From Clostridia bacterium (GTDB taxonomy: Bacteria; Bacillota; Clostridia; Oscillospirales; CAG-272): a stretch of DNA of 55,727 bases. A program made the position numbers and the translations under genes. Positions 25,642 through 35,588 of the stretch are shown here, piece by piece (position 1 is the stretch's first letter; every line of letters starts with the position of its first letter). The notes under the pieces are model-generated. The model worked only from the letters and a program-made list of their open reading frames with translations, did no database searches and was not told the DNA's origin. The DNA lies in NCBI GenBank assembly GCA_017628755.1, contig JAGBYM010000095.1, positions 1 through 55,727 on the forward strand, in the 5' to 3' direction.

Positions 25642-27033
25642 ATGTCAGAATTTACATACAGCAAGAAGATTCCCGAGGCTTTCGAAAGCGATATCGCCGT
25701 CATCGGAGGCGGTCCTGCCGGACTTTGCGCCGCGGTTGCGGCGGCAAGAGAAGGCGCGCGCGTCATTCTCATAGAAAAGAACGCCTTCTGCGGCGGAATG
25801 GCAACTGCGGGAATGGTCGCGCCCTTCATGACCTGCTATGACAGCGGCGGAAACAAGATGCTCATCCGCGGTCTTTTCGAAGAGCTTGTCGAGCGCCTGA
25901 TCGCGGTCGGCGGTGCCATCCATCCCTCCAAGGTCGAATCAAAAACTGCGTTCACATCATATATCGACAAAGGACACGTACACGTCACTCCCTTCAAGGC
26001 AGAAGCACTCAAAATCGTAGCAGACGAGATGCTCCGCGAGGCTGGGGTAAAAATACTTTATCACACCCAACTTGTTGACGCAGAGACAGAAGGAGATAAA
26101 GTCACCCGCCTGATCGTGGCAATGAAGGAAGGGCTCGCATCTGTCCGCGCCAAAGCCTTTATCGACTGCACGGGCGACGGCGATCTTGCCGCCGCGGCAG
26201 GTGCCGCATACAGCGTCGGCAACGCACAGGGCAAGATGCAGCCGGCAACGATGTTCTTCACCGTCGGCGGTGTTGACACCAAAAAGGTTGACGCCGATAT
26301 CGAAAAGAACTGGGATAATTTTTACCGCAAGGACGGCGTAAACTACCGCTCGCTCCATTGGTGGGTCGCAAAAGCAAAGGAAGCGGGCGACTGGACGCTT
26401 GACCGCGTTTCGATCGGTCTTTTCAGAGGCGTTGAGGAGGATGAATTCAGCATCAACACCTCTCGCGTCATGCACATCGACGGCACGAAATCCGAAAGTC
26501 TTACAGAAGGCGAGATCGAAGGACGCAAGCAGGTACGCGAGATCTTCGCATTCCTCAAAAAATACGTTCCCGGATTTGAAAATTCGAGACTGATTCTCTC
26601 GGGTTCCACCATCGGTATCCGCGAAACAAGGCATATCGAGGGCATCAGAACTCTGACCACCGATTCGATCCTCAACTGCGAAGTCCCCGAGGATTCGATC
26701 CTTCTGGCGGCAAATTCGGTTGACGTGCACGGCAAATACGGCCCCAAGAGCAACGAATATATCACCATACCCGAGGGCAAATGCTACGGTATTCCCTACG
26801 GTACAATGATTCCGCCCGCGTTTTCCAATCTCGCTGTGGCGGGCAGATGCATATCCGCCGACTGCGAAGCCGCGGGTGCGATACGTGTAATGCCTCCCTG
26901 CATGGGAATCGGTCAGGCTGCTGGCACGGCTGCCGCAATGGCACTTGCCGAGAACGTCGACCTTCGCCAACTCAACGTAAACCGTCTGCGTAAAAAACTC
27001 ACGGCGAACGGCGTTATGCTTGAAAACGAATAA
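25642..27033 (+). CDS. FAD-dependent oxidoreductase (FAD_oxidored family)
   Basis: IAVIGGGPAG, IEK...GGMAT, FIDCTGDGD, GIRETR.I.G, AGRCIS, GQAAG. Confidence 0.88.
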   Translation: MSEFTYSKKIPEAFESDIAVIGGGPAGLCAAVAAAREGARVILIEKNAFCGGMATAGMVAPFMTCYDSGGNKMLIRGLFEELVERLIAVGGAIHPSKVESKTAFTSYIDKGHVHVTPFKAEALKIVADEMLREAGVKILYHTQLVDAETEGDKVTRLIVAMKEGLASVRAKAFIDCTGDGDLAAAAGAAYSVGNAQGKMQPATMFFTVGGVDTKKVDADIEKNWDNFYRKDGVNYRSLHWWVAKAKEAGDWTLDRVSIGLFRGVEEDEFSINTSRVMHIDGTKSESLTEGEIEGRKQVREIFAFLKKYVPGFENSRLILSGSTIGIRETRHIEGIRTLTTDSILNCEVPEDSILLAANSVDVHGKYGPKSNEYITIPEGKCYGIPYGTMIPPAFSNLAVAGRCISADCEAAGAIRVMPPCMGIGQAAGTAAAMALAENVDLRQLNVNRLRKKLTANGVMLENE

Positions 27034-27057
27034 ATATTAAAGTTAAAGGAGAACACA

Positions 27058-27972
27058 ATGAGCAGCCAGAACGGTTTTCTCAGATTTCTTTCCGCTATCC
27101 TTTCTCTGATTCTTGCCTTTCTGCTTATAGCCGCGATACCTCTTTGGATCATCGACTTTATGCTTTCGGAAGACAGCATTGAGACCGCGGCAGATTATAT
27201 TTTTGACAGTCTCGGTGACGTCAGCGACCTCGGCGTCAATACGAAAAAAGGAAGCAAAACTATAGCGGATGTGCTCCTTTGGTCAATAAAGGGTTGTGGC
27301 GGCGACGAATTCATTACGGAAAAGCAGATAAGCGACTCTCTCGTCCCCGAATTTTTAAAAACAATTACGTTGGACATTATCGAAGATTTCCGCAACGGAT
27401 CGGATATTGCAATCGACGCGGAAGATATTTATGAATTTCTTGAGAGAAACGGCGAAACGGTTTCGGACCTTGCCGCGGACTCGGGATATATCTACGAATT
27501 AAATATCAAATATAACGAGGAACTGATCCTCTATAACGTAAAAGAACTCATTGGCAAAAACGGGATCACACCGAACGATCTGCTTGAAGACGGAGAGTTC
27601 AAGGATAACATCGAATTATATCTTGCATATGCTCGTACGGCGCTTTCCAAGACAACGGTTTATATCACATACGGCGTAATCGGAGTGATTGTTTGTCTTC
27701 TCTTCACTGTTAACCTCGGCTATTTCAGAAAATTCCTTTCTTCCTGCGGAAAGCCCGCGTTCACTGTCGGACTTGTATATTTTCTCGCCGCGCTTGCGAT
27801 GCAATATCTGCGTTCAACGATAAATCCGTCCTCTGACAGATTCTCATCAGCCGTTGATTTTATGATCGGATATGCCGCCGCAGGCATTATGGACGTTTCC
27901 GCGGCAGTTCTTATCGCGGGACTTGTACTACTTATTCTTTCCGTAATTGCACGCAAAAAACAAGATCAATAA
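27058..27972 (+). CDS. Hypothetical membrane protein (1 N-terminal and 3 C-terminal TM helices)
   Basis: RBS AAGGAG; hydrophobicity pattern. Confidence 0.7.
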   Translation: MSSQNGFLRFLSAILSLILAFLLIAAIPLWIIDFMLSEDSIETAADYIFDSLGDVSDLGVNTKKGSKTIADVLLWSIKGCGGDEFITEKQISDSLVPEFLKTITLDIIEDFRNGSDIAIDAEDIYEFLERNGETVSDLAADSGYIYELNIKYNEELILYNVKELIGKNGITPNDLLEDGEFKDNIELYLAYARTALSKTTVYITYGVIGVIVCLLFTVNLGYFRKFLSSCGKPAFTVGLVYFLAALAMQYLRSTINPSSDRFSSAVDFMIGYAAAGIMDVSAAVLIAGLVLLILSVIARKKQDQ

Positions 27973-27975
27973 AAG

Positions 27976-28005
27976 AAAAGAGACTGATAAAAATCAGTCT
28001 CTTTT
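27976..28005. terminator. Bidirectional terminator
   Basis: aaaagagactgat/atcagtctctttt. Confidence 0.8.
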
Positions 28006-28009
28006 GCTT

Positions 28010-29959
28010 TTAACCCGCAAATCCCTGAAGATTGATATCTTCCGCTCCGGGGCGGTTTGCCGAAAGCCACGCGTGCCAGAGCTTGGCAAATTCCTCAGAC
28101 GCGCTTTTGTCACCCTTTTCGGAAAGGATCTCGGAAACGAATTTGAAGGTATTGCCGGTGTTATAGAAGATGCAGGGCACGTCCTCGCCGTTATCGGCGT
28201 AGGTCAGATTGCCCGAGTTATATCTGTCCTTGACCTGAGAATCATTGCCGTCAATTGCTTCGCTGGTCTCCGCCATAACGAAAAGCACATCAACATCGGG
28301 ATCAAGTCCGCTGTAGGTCGAGGAAGGAAGACCGCAAACCGTGATATCTACGCCAAGGTAAGCAAGGTTTTCAGCCGCAGTGCCGTAAGGAACGGTGCCG
28401 ATATACTTACCCACCGAATCCTTCGCGTGGAAGGCAACGAGCGCGCGGTCGAGAAGCTTATCAAAGGAATACTTTGTCTCCTTTGCATTCTCACCTTCGC
28501 CTTCGGTACTGATAACTGTGTGGCGGTTGTTCCATTCGTCATATGCGCCAAGTACCTCGCGGGGATGGCCCTTCAGAATGATATCGTATTCCTCACCGTA
28601 AAGAAGATATGCGAATTTGAGCGTGTAAATATAGTTGATATAAAGATTGAAGCACTCGGATTTGATCTCGGCAATTACGTCCGCGGGCGCACCCTCGGGG
28701 TAATTCACGGGATCGTTGATCGCGGAAAGTAATACGTTATAATCCTCCGCAGACGGGAAAAGAATAGAATTTTTATACTTCGCATCAAGCGCGGAGTAGC
28801 TTGCGGGGATCGCCTCGCCCTTTTCAAGACCGCCGATGCCGTACTTTTCGTCCGACGCGAATTTAGGATAATACGCATGGCGCGCGCCAATATAAACGAG
28901 CTTGTCCTTGGGCGCATAATCGTCCGCACGCACGGTTCTTGTGAGCGCGGCGTAGGTCTCCGCGTAATAATCGCCGTACATAAGGGTCAGATAATCTTGC
29001 TTCTGCGTCTCGTCAAGCTTCGAGATCGCCGCCGAGATCGTACGGAATCTGAGGTTTGCAAGCATAAGAGTGGTATTTTCAAATCCGGGAACACCGAAGA
29101 TTCCGGGAAGCTTGCTGTCCTCCGCCTCGGCAAGAATGCCGTCAAAATTGTTCTTGTCCTGAAGCCAGTAGGTGAAGTTCGGGAGCACAGACAGCGCAAG
29201 CGCATACTTGATATCGTACTTGAGAGTAGCGTCCGAGTTTTTGTTATCCTGCTTTGCCATGACCATGGTGAAATTCATGCCCGCCTCGTTGAGGACCTTC
29301 ATAAATTCGTCAAGAGGCGCGTCACCGTTTGCATCCGCGGTCTTATCTTCAACAAAGGTCTCGCGGATGGTCTTGTAGGAACCGCTTCCGTCCTCGCACA
29401 TATAAACGTGGAAGTCTTCAAGCGGAATACCCGCATTGGCGCAAAGCGCGGCGGCGCGGAGGGCGGTGCCGTCCTGCGCATAAATATAAAAGAAGCTGTT
29501 TTCCTCTGCGGCGCGGAGCTCGCGGAGTTTTTCGGTCATCGCATTGAACTCTGTTCCCGTAAAGCCGTTCGAGAGGTTGTTTGCGGGATCAAAGCCCGCG
29601 TTGTGAAAGTTTTCGATCTTCTCGATACCGCTGTAGGTCTTGCCGCGCTCGATAAGGGCGTAGGTCTCGTAACCACTTGCGAGCGAATCGAGAGCCGCGA
29701 GAACGGGCGGAACGGTTGCAAGCGAGAAAATGATGTTGTAAATCTTCGCGCCCTCCTCGGGAGCGGTGACAACGCCCTTCTGCTCAGCATCGGGAAGGAA
29801 GGTCTCCTCGGAAACGTATTCGGTTGTGTTCTCCGCAGTACTTGTCTCACCGAGCGATGAGCTTTCCTCTTGCTTTCCACCGTAGCTGCAGGCAAAAAAT
29901 ATCGGTAAAACCGTTGTCAGCACTAATAAAAGTGCCGCTATTTTAAATGTTAATTTCAT
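28010..29959 (-). CDS. Lipoprotein with a GT80 (PmST1-type) sialyltransferase-like GT-B domain
   Basis: Lipobox FFAC; ordered motifs ATVPP, CEDGS..Y, L...Q...YLTL, YDIILKGHPRE, AENL, GLPSSTY; ATG at 29959 with AGGAG RBS. Confidence 0.65.
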   Translation of the reverse strand: MKLTFKIAALLLVLTTVLPIFFACSYGGKQEESSSLGETSTAENTTEYVSEETFLPDAEQKGVVTAPEEGAKIYNIIFSLATVPPVLAALDSLASGYETYALIERGKTYSGIEKIENFHNAGFDPANNLSNGFTGTEFNAMTEKLRELRAAEENSFFYIYAQDGTALRAAALCANAGIPLEDFHVYMCEDGSGSYKTIRETFVEDKTADANGDAPLDEFMKVLNEAGMNFTMVMAKQDNKNSDATLKYDIKYALALSVLPNFTYWLQDKNNFDGILAEAEDSKLPGIFGVPGFENTTLMLANLRFRTISAAISKLDETQKQDYLTLMYGDYYAETYAALTRTVRADDYAPKDKLVYIGARHAYYPKFASDEKYGIGGLEKGEAIPASYSALDAKYKNSILFPSAEDYNVLLSAINDPVNYPEGAPADVIAEIKSECFNLYINYIYTLKFAYLLYGEEYDIILKGHPREVLGAYDEWNNRHTVISTEGEGENAKETKYSFDKLLDRALVAFHAKDSVGKYIGTVPYGTAAENLAYLGVDITVCGLPSSTYSGLDPDVDVLFVMAETSEAIDGNDSQVKDRYNSGNLTYADNGEDVPCIFYNTGNTFKFVSEILSEKGDKSASEEFAKLWHAWLSANRPGAEDINLQGFAG

Positions 29960-30135
29960 AATTACTCCTGTTTTTTGTGTTCTTCTCAAAAGACCGTGAT
30001 AGTATACCACAAAGACCCATCGCGGTCAACACTTTGCACTCAAAGTTTTAGAATTAGGACGAAATTGGTTAAAGATTGTATAAAAATCCTTAAAAATGTT
30101 GGATTTTTCCGCCACACGTGCGCCAAAAGTTTTTA

Positions 30136-30164
30136 TTGACACATTTATATTATTATGATATAAT
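30136..30164 (+). promoter_or_regulatory. sigma-A promoter of the aro operon
   Basis: TTGACA-17 nt-TATAAT with extended TG. Confidence 0.75.
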
Positions 30165-30260
30165 AATAATGAATAAGTATGTTTACAAAGTATGACGGTT
30201 TTATGCCATAACCCGAACTGTACCCGTAATTTCAATGCTTGTAACTTTGCGGAGGTAAAA

Positions 30261-31577
30261 ATGTCCGAAGAAAAAAAGACTCTGCTCGATGAAGCCAGAG
30301 AAACAATAAACCGCGTTGACCGCGAAATGGCTCATCTTTTCGAGGAAAGGATGGATGCCGTCCGCAAGGTTGCCGAATACAAGATCGCGCACGGTCTGCA
30401 GGTTCTCGACGCGGAGCGCGAAAAGCAGGTCATCGAGCGTAATTCGGCTCTTATCGAGGACGAGGCGCTTCGAGCATACTATATCGAATTTCTGAAAAAC
30501 AATATGGCAGTTTCGCGCCGTTTTCAGCATAACATTATGCCGAATGAACATAACGTCATCCCCGTAAGACTTGGCAATGACAGCTATGATATAACCGTAT
30601 GCCGCGGCGCGATCGACCTTGCGGCTGAAAAGATAATGAAAAAGGACAGAAAGGTCTGCGTTGTCACTGACAGCGGAGTGCCGAAAGAATATTCGGACAA
30701 GCTTCTCACCGCCCTCGGCGATGGTGCGATACTGCACGTGATCCCCGCGGGCGAGGAAAACAAGACCTTTGAGAGCCTTCTCGGCGTTCTCCGCGAGATG
30801 CTTGACGCGGGATTCGCAAGGACCGATGCGGTCGTTGCCCTCGGAGGAGGAGTTGTCGGCGACCTTGCGGGATTCGCCGCGGCGACCTACATGAGAGGAA
30901 TTGATTTTTACAATATTCCCACCACTCTTCTGGCGCAGGTCGATTCATCGGTCGGCGGCAAAACCGCAGTCGATCTCGACGGCTACAAAAACATGATCGG
31001 CGCATTCCATCAGCCCCGCGCGGTCTTTATCGACCCCGATCTTCTCGCAACGCTCCCCCTCCGCCATATCAGCGCGGGTCTTTGCGAGGCACTCAAGATG
31101 GGAGCAACGTCCGATCCCGTCCTATTCGAACTTTTTGAAAAGGGTAACGTCCTCGCCTCTCCCAAACTGATCGAAGAAATAATCGTCCGCGCGGTCAAGG
31201 CAAAGCGCGACGTTGTTGAGATCGACGAGCGCGAGGGCGGTCTGCGTAAGGTTCTCAACTTCGGACACACGCTCGGACACGCCATCGAAAGCGTCTCCGG
31301 ACTTTCTCTTCTGCACGGCGAATGCGTCGCGCTCGGAATGATCCCGATGTGCGAGAATGAAGAATTTAAAAAACGCCTCGCAAAGGCTCTGTCAAACATC
31401 GGACTGAGCACCGATATTACAAAATATTCCGCGAACAAAAAGGCAATACTTGAAGCGCTGACTCATGACAAAAAGAGCGCGGCGGGCGGTAAGATATCTG
31501 CGGTTCTGCTCCGCGATATCGGTGAATTTGAATTTATTTCGCTCACTCCCGAAGAAATTATTGAAAGATTGGTTTAA
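30261..31577 (+). CDS. aroB: Chorismate mutase (AroQ-type) fused to 3-dehydroquinate synthase
   Basis: N-terminal L..AR..I..VD..M..LF..RM...YK...D.ERE (CM_2); C-terminal GGGVVGD, PTTLLAQVDSSVGGK, LNFGHT, HGE; ATG at 30261 with GGAGG RBS. Confidence 0.9.
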   Translation: MSEEKKTLLDEARETINRVDREMAHLFEERMDAVRKVAEYKIAHGLQVLDAEREKQVIERNSALIEDEALRAYYIEFLKNNMAVSRRFQHNIMPNEHNVIPVRLGNDSYDITVCRGAIDLAAEKIMKKDRKVCVVTDSGVPKEYSDKLLTALGDGAILHVIPAGEENKTFESLLGVLREMLDAGFARTDAVVALGGGVVGDLAGFAAATYMRGIDFYNIPTTLLAQVDSSVGGKTAVDLDGYKNMIGAFHQPRAVFIDPDLLATLPLRHISAGLCEALKMGATSDPVLFELFEKGNVLASPKLIEEIIVRAVKAKRDVVEIDEREGGLRKVLNFGHTLGHAIESVSGLSLLHGECVALGMIPMCENEEFKKRLAKALSNIGLSTDITKYSANKKAILEALTHDKKSAAGGKISAVLLRDIGEFEFISLTPEEIIERLV

Positions 31578-31580
31578 AAA

Positions 31581-32666
31581 ATGAAAAACTCATTCGGCAA
31601 TGCAATAAATATTTCGCTTTTCGGAGAAAGCCACGGCGCGGGCGTCGGTGTCCTCATCGACGGCATCGCCCCCGGAATCAAGGTGGACGAGGATTTTATC
31701 GCGCATCAGCTTACATTGCGCCGTCCCGCGGGAAAGATTTCAACCGCACGCCGCGAGCCGGATAATTTCGTCATTCAGAGCGGAGTTTTCAATGGATATA
31801 CCACCGGCGCGCCTCTCTGCATCTTCATCCCGAACACAGACGCGCGAAGCAGCGATTACACTCCCGATCTTCCCCGTCCCTCTCACGCGGATTTCACAGC
31901 TCGCGAGAAATACCACGGCTTTGAAGACTATCGCGGAGGCGGTCATTTCTCGGGCAGAATCACAGCTGCACTCGTCGCGGCGGGCGCAATCGTTATCCCT
32001 GCTCTGCGCGAAATGGGAATTTATATCGGAACTTATATCAAACAGATCTCAAATCTCGGCTTCTCTTCTCTCCCGCACGACAAAGAAACTCTTCTTGCCG
32101 TTGCCGAGAGTGATTACGGAGTAATAAACGAAAATGACCTCTCCGCAATCACCGATATCATCGAACGCGCGGCGGCGAACGGCGACAGCGTTGGCGGTAA
32201 GCTTGAAACAGCCGTCATCGGTCTCCCCGCGGGACTTGGCGAGCCGTGGTTTGACGGAGTCGAGTCGCAGATCGCCCGCGCGGTCTTCGGCATCCCCGCC
32301 GTAAAGGAAATTTCCTTCGGCGCGGAAGACATTTCGATGCTTTCGGGCAGTCAGGCTAACGATCAGTTTGTACTCAAAGACGGCAAGATTATAACCGAAA
32401 CCAACAACTCGGGCGGAGTTCAGGGCGGTATTACAAACGGAATGCCCGTCGTATTCCGCACAACGGTCAAGGCAACTCCCTCGATCTCAAAAGAGCAAAA
32501 GACGGTCAATATGGCAACTCTCGAAGAGGTTACTCTTTCTGTCAAGGGCAGACACGACCCCTGCATCGTGCCCCGCGCGAGAATAGTCCTCGACAGCGTC
32601 GCCGCCCTCGTCATAGCCGATATGCTCACCGTTCGCTACGGCTCGGACGCACTCACAGGAAAATGA
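31581..32666 (+). CDS. aroC: Chorismate synthase
   Basis: GESHG, PRPSHAD, GGHFSGR, GRHDPC. Confidence 0.96.
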   Translation: MKNSFGNAINISLFGESHGAGVGVLIDGIAPGIKVDEDFIAHQLTLRRPAGKISTARREPDNFVIQSGVFNGYTTGAPLCIFIPNTDARSSDYTPDLPRPSHADFTAREKYHGFEDYRGGGHFSGRITAALVAAGAIVIPALREMGIYIGTYIKQISNLGFSSLPHDKETLLAVAESDYGVINENDLSAITDIIERAAANGDSVGGKLETAVIGLPAGLGEPWFDGVESQIARAVFGIPAVKEISFGAEDISMLSGSQANDQFVLKDGKIITETNNSGGVQGGITNGMPVVFRTTVKATPSISKEQKTVNMATLEEVTLSVKGRHDPCIVPRARIVLDSVAALVIADMLTVRYGSDALTGK

Positions 32667-33913
32667 AATACGGACTTATAGGCGAAAAGCTTTCACACAG
32701 CTTTTCAAAGGAAATACACGAAGCTCTTGCGGATTACACCTATGAGATCCGCGAGCTTGCGCCCGAAGAGGTCGCGCCATTCCTTGAAGCGCGAGAGTTC
32801 GAGGGCATCAACGTGACGATTCCGTATAAGGAAAAGGTCATCCCCTATCTCGACCATATCTCCGACGCCGCAAAAAAGATCGGTGCCGTCAACACGATCA
32901 AGAACGTCGACGGTAAACTCTACGGCGACAATACCGACTTTTACGGTATGCGCGAAATGATAATCGGCGCGAACATTGACGTCGAAGGCAAAAAAGCGCT
33001 GATACTCGGCACGGGCGGTACTTCAAAGACGGCAAAAGCAGTTCTCGCCGACCTCGGAGCCCGCGAGATCATAACCGTATCGCGCAAAGAAAGCGGCGAA
33101 ACGGTAACCTATGAAAACGCTTACGAGCTCCACCGCGACGCCGAGATCATCCTCAACACCACTCCCGTCGGCATGTATCCGAACACGGATGCCGTGCCGA
33201 TAGATATCAAAAATTTCCCTGACCTCTGCGGAGTCATTGACGCAGTCTACAATCCTCTGCGCACACGCCTCGTTCTCGACGCAGAGGCTGAAGGAATCCC
33301 CGCTGTCGGCGGACTTATGATGCTGATTTTGCAGGCGGCGCGTGCATCGGAAATCTTTCTCGGACAAGAGACCGACGAAAAAAAGGTAGTCACTACGATC
33401 AGAAATATTTTTGAATCGAAGGAAAATATCGTCCTCGTCGGTATGCCCGGTTGCGGCAAGACCACGCTCGGCAAGATCCTTTCCGACATGACAGGCAGGA
33501 CCCTCGCTGACACGGACGAAGTAATCACAGAAATGACGGGCAGACATCCCGCAGAAATCATAAAAAAGGACGGCGAACGCGAATTCCGCCGCATTGAAAC
33601 CGAGGCTGTCAAGGAAGTCTCAAAGATGAGCGGAGTCATCGTCGCCACGGGCGGCGGAGTTGTCACAAGAAAGGAAAATATTCCTTTTCTCCGTCAAAAC
33701 GGCAGAATCGTCTACCTTCATTGCATCCCATCCGACCTTGCAGTCACGCCTGACCGACCGCTTTCGGCAAGCCGAAGCGTCATAAACGCGATGTACGAGG
33801 TGCGCCATCCTCTTTATCTTGAAGCCGCGGATGCATCGGTCGAAATATCACACAAAACATCACCCGAGCTTTCCGCTATGGGAGTGCTCAATACATTTTC
33901 GGAGCTTATATAA
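32663..33913 (+). CDS. aroE: Shikimate dehydrogenase fused to shikimate kinase (AroE-AroK)
   Basis: HSFS, NVTIPYK, GAVNT, NTD, GTGG; C-terminal GMPGCGKT, ATGGG, RPL. Confidence 0.92.
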   Translation: MKYGLIGEKLSHSFSKEIHEALADYTYEIRELAPEEVAPFLEAREFEGINVTIPYKEKVIPYLDHISDAAKKIGAVNTIKNVDGKLYGDNTDFYGMREMIIGANIDVEGKKALILGTGGTSKTAKAVLADLGAREIITVSRKESGETVTYENAYELHRDAEIILNTTPVGMYPNTDAVPIDIKNFPDLCGVIDAVYNPLRTRLVLDAEAEGIPAVGGLMMLILQAARASEIFLGQETDEKKVVTTIRNIFESKENIVLVGMPGCGKTTLGKILSDMTGRTLADTDEVITEMTGRHPAEIIKKDGEREFRRIETEAVKEVSKMSGVIVATGGGVVTRKENIPFLRQNGRIVYLHCIPSDLAVTPDRPLSASRSVINAMYEVRHPLYLEAADASVEISHKTSPELSAMGVLNTFSELI

Positions 33914-34350
33914 TGAAAATTCTTGTTATCAACGGTCCAAATATAAATATGCTCGGCATCCGCGAGCCGAATATTTACGGGAAGGAAACCTATACCGATC
34001 TTCTGGCAAAAATCCAGAACTACGCAAACGAGCGCGGTATTAAGCTGAAAATGATACAGTCCAACCACGAAGGCGTGCTTGTTGACGAGATTCAGGCGGC
34101 ATACAAAAAGTTTAGCGGAATCGTCATCAACCCCGCCGCTTATACCCATACCTCGATAGCTCTGCTCGATGCGCTCAAGGCTGTAGGATTACCGACGGTC
34201 GAAGTCCATATTTCCGACGTTTCGAAGCGCGAGGATTTCAGACAGATCAGCTATATTCGCGAAGCTTGCATCGCAACGATTTCGGGACACGGCACAGACG
34301 GATATCTTGAAGCCATTGATATCCTCATTGAACACAAAAAGAAGAAATGA
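33913..34350 (+). CDS. aroQ: Type II 3-dehydroquinate dehydratase
   Basis: NGPNINMLG.REP..YG, QSNHEG, NPAAYTH, EVHIS. Confidence 0.95.
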   Translation: MKILVINGPNINMLGIREPNIYGKETYTDLLAKIQNYANERGIKLKMIQSNHEGVLVDEIQAAYKKFSGIVINPAAYTHTSIALLDALKAVGLPTVEVHISDVSKREDFRQISYIREACIATISGHGTDGYLEAIDILIEHKKKK

Positions 34351-35588
34351 AAAAATACAGCGTAAAGCTCTCGCCCTCGCGCCTTTCGGGATGCGTTACG
34401 GCTCCGCCGTCGAAGAGCATATCCCACCGCGCGCTGATCTGCGCGGCACTCGCCGAGGGTGTGAGCGTTATCAAAAACCTCGCATTCTCGCAGGATATCC
34501 TCGCTACGATAGATACGCTCCGCGCGATCGGTACGGAGATCGAAGAGATCGGCGCGGACTGCGTGAAAGTCCGCGGCATCAGCGGTAAGCCGAAAGCTCT
34601 CTCTCCCCTCTGCTGCCGTGAATCGGGAAGCACACTTCGTTTTCTGATCCCTATCTGTCTTCTTTCGGCAGAAAAATTTGAGCTTACGGGAAGCGAAAAG
34701 CTTCTCTCGCGCCCGCTCGGAATCTATTCCGAGCTTTTCGGGGATCGGTATCGCGGAGTCGATAAAAAATCGCTGACCTTATCGGCGGGAGAACCGATCT
34801 CGGCGGGTGAATACCGTGTTGCGGGGAATGTCAGCAGTCAGTTTATCACGGGACTTCTCTTCGCGCTTCCGCTATGCGAAGGCGACAGCAAAATTGTCGT
34901 TGAAGGCAATTTTGAAAGTGCGTCATACGTTGATCTAACACTCGATACTCTCGCCAAATTCGGCATAAAAGTCAAAAAAGAAAACAATATTTTTTATATA
35001 AAAGGCGGACAAAATTATCTTCCCGCCAACGTAGCAATCGAAGGTGACGCCTCGAACGCCGCGTTCTTTGAGGCGGTAAATTTCATCGGAGGAGACGTCA
35101 AAGTTCTCGGTCTCAATCCCGATAGCTTACAGGGAGATATGGCATTTAAGAAGCATTTTTGCACACTTAAAGCCGCTTCGCACGATCCGATTGACCTTTC
35201 CGACTGCCCCGATCTTGCGCCCGTGCTCTTCACCGTTGCGGCTTTTTGCGGCGGCGGAGCATTCACTCACACAGACCGTCTGCGCCTCAAGGAGAGCGAC
35301 AGAATCGAGTCGATGAAATGCGAGCTCGGCAAATTCGGAGCTGAAATACAGGTCTTTGACGGACTTGACGGCGGGACTGTAAAAGTGCTTCCTTCCGAGC
35401 TTCACGCACCGTCATCTCCGCTCGATTCGCACAATGACCACCGCGTCGCAATGGCACTTGCGATCCTCTGTACCCGCTTCGGCGGCGTGATTGAGGGCGC
35501 GGAGTCGGTCAGTAAAAGCATGCCCGATTTCTTCGAAAAACTCGAGGCTCTCGGAGCCGAAATCAAAGGAGAAAATACCAATGAGTAA
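34347..35588 (+). CDS. aroA: EPSP synthase
   Basis: PPSKSISHR, ESGSTLRF, SSQF, R.KESDR, DHRVAM. Confidence 0.95.
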   Translation: MKKYSVKLSPSRLSGCVTAPPSKSISHRALICAALAEGVSVIKNLAFSQDILATIDTLRAIGTEIEEIGADCVKVRGISGKPKALSPLCCRESGSTLRFLIPICLLSAEKFELTGSEKLLSRPLGIYSELFGDRYRGVDKKSLTLSAGEPISAGEYRVAGNVSSQFITGLLFALPLCEGDSKIVVEGNFESASYVDLTLDTLAKFGIKVKKENNIFYIKGGQNYLPANVAIEGDASNAAFFEAVNFIGGDVKVLGLNPDSLQGDMAFKKHFCTLKAASHDPIDLSDCPDLAPVLFTVAAFCGGGAFTHTDRLRLKESDRIESMKCELGKFGAEIQVFDGLDGGTVKVLPSELHAPSSPLDSHNDHRVAMALAILCTRFGGVIEGAESVSKSMPDFFEKLEALGAEIKGENTNE

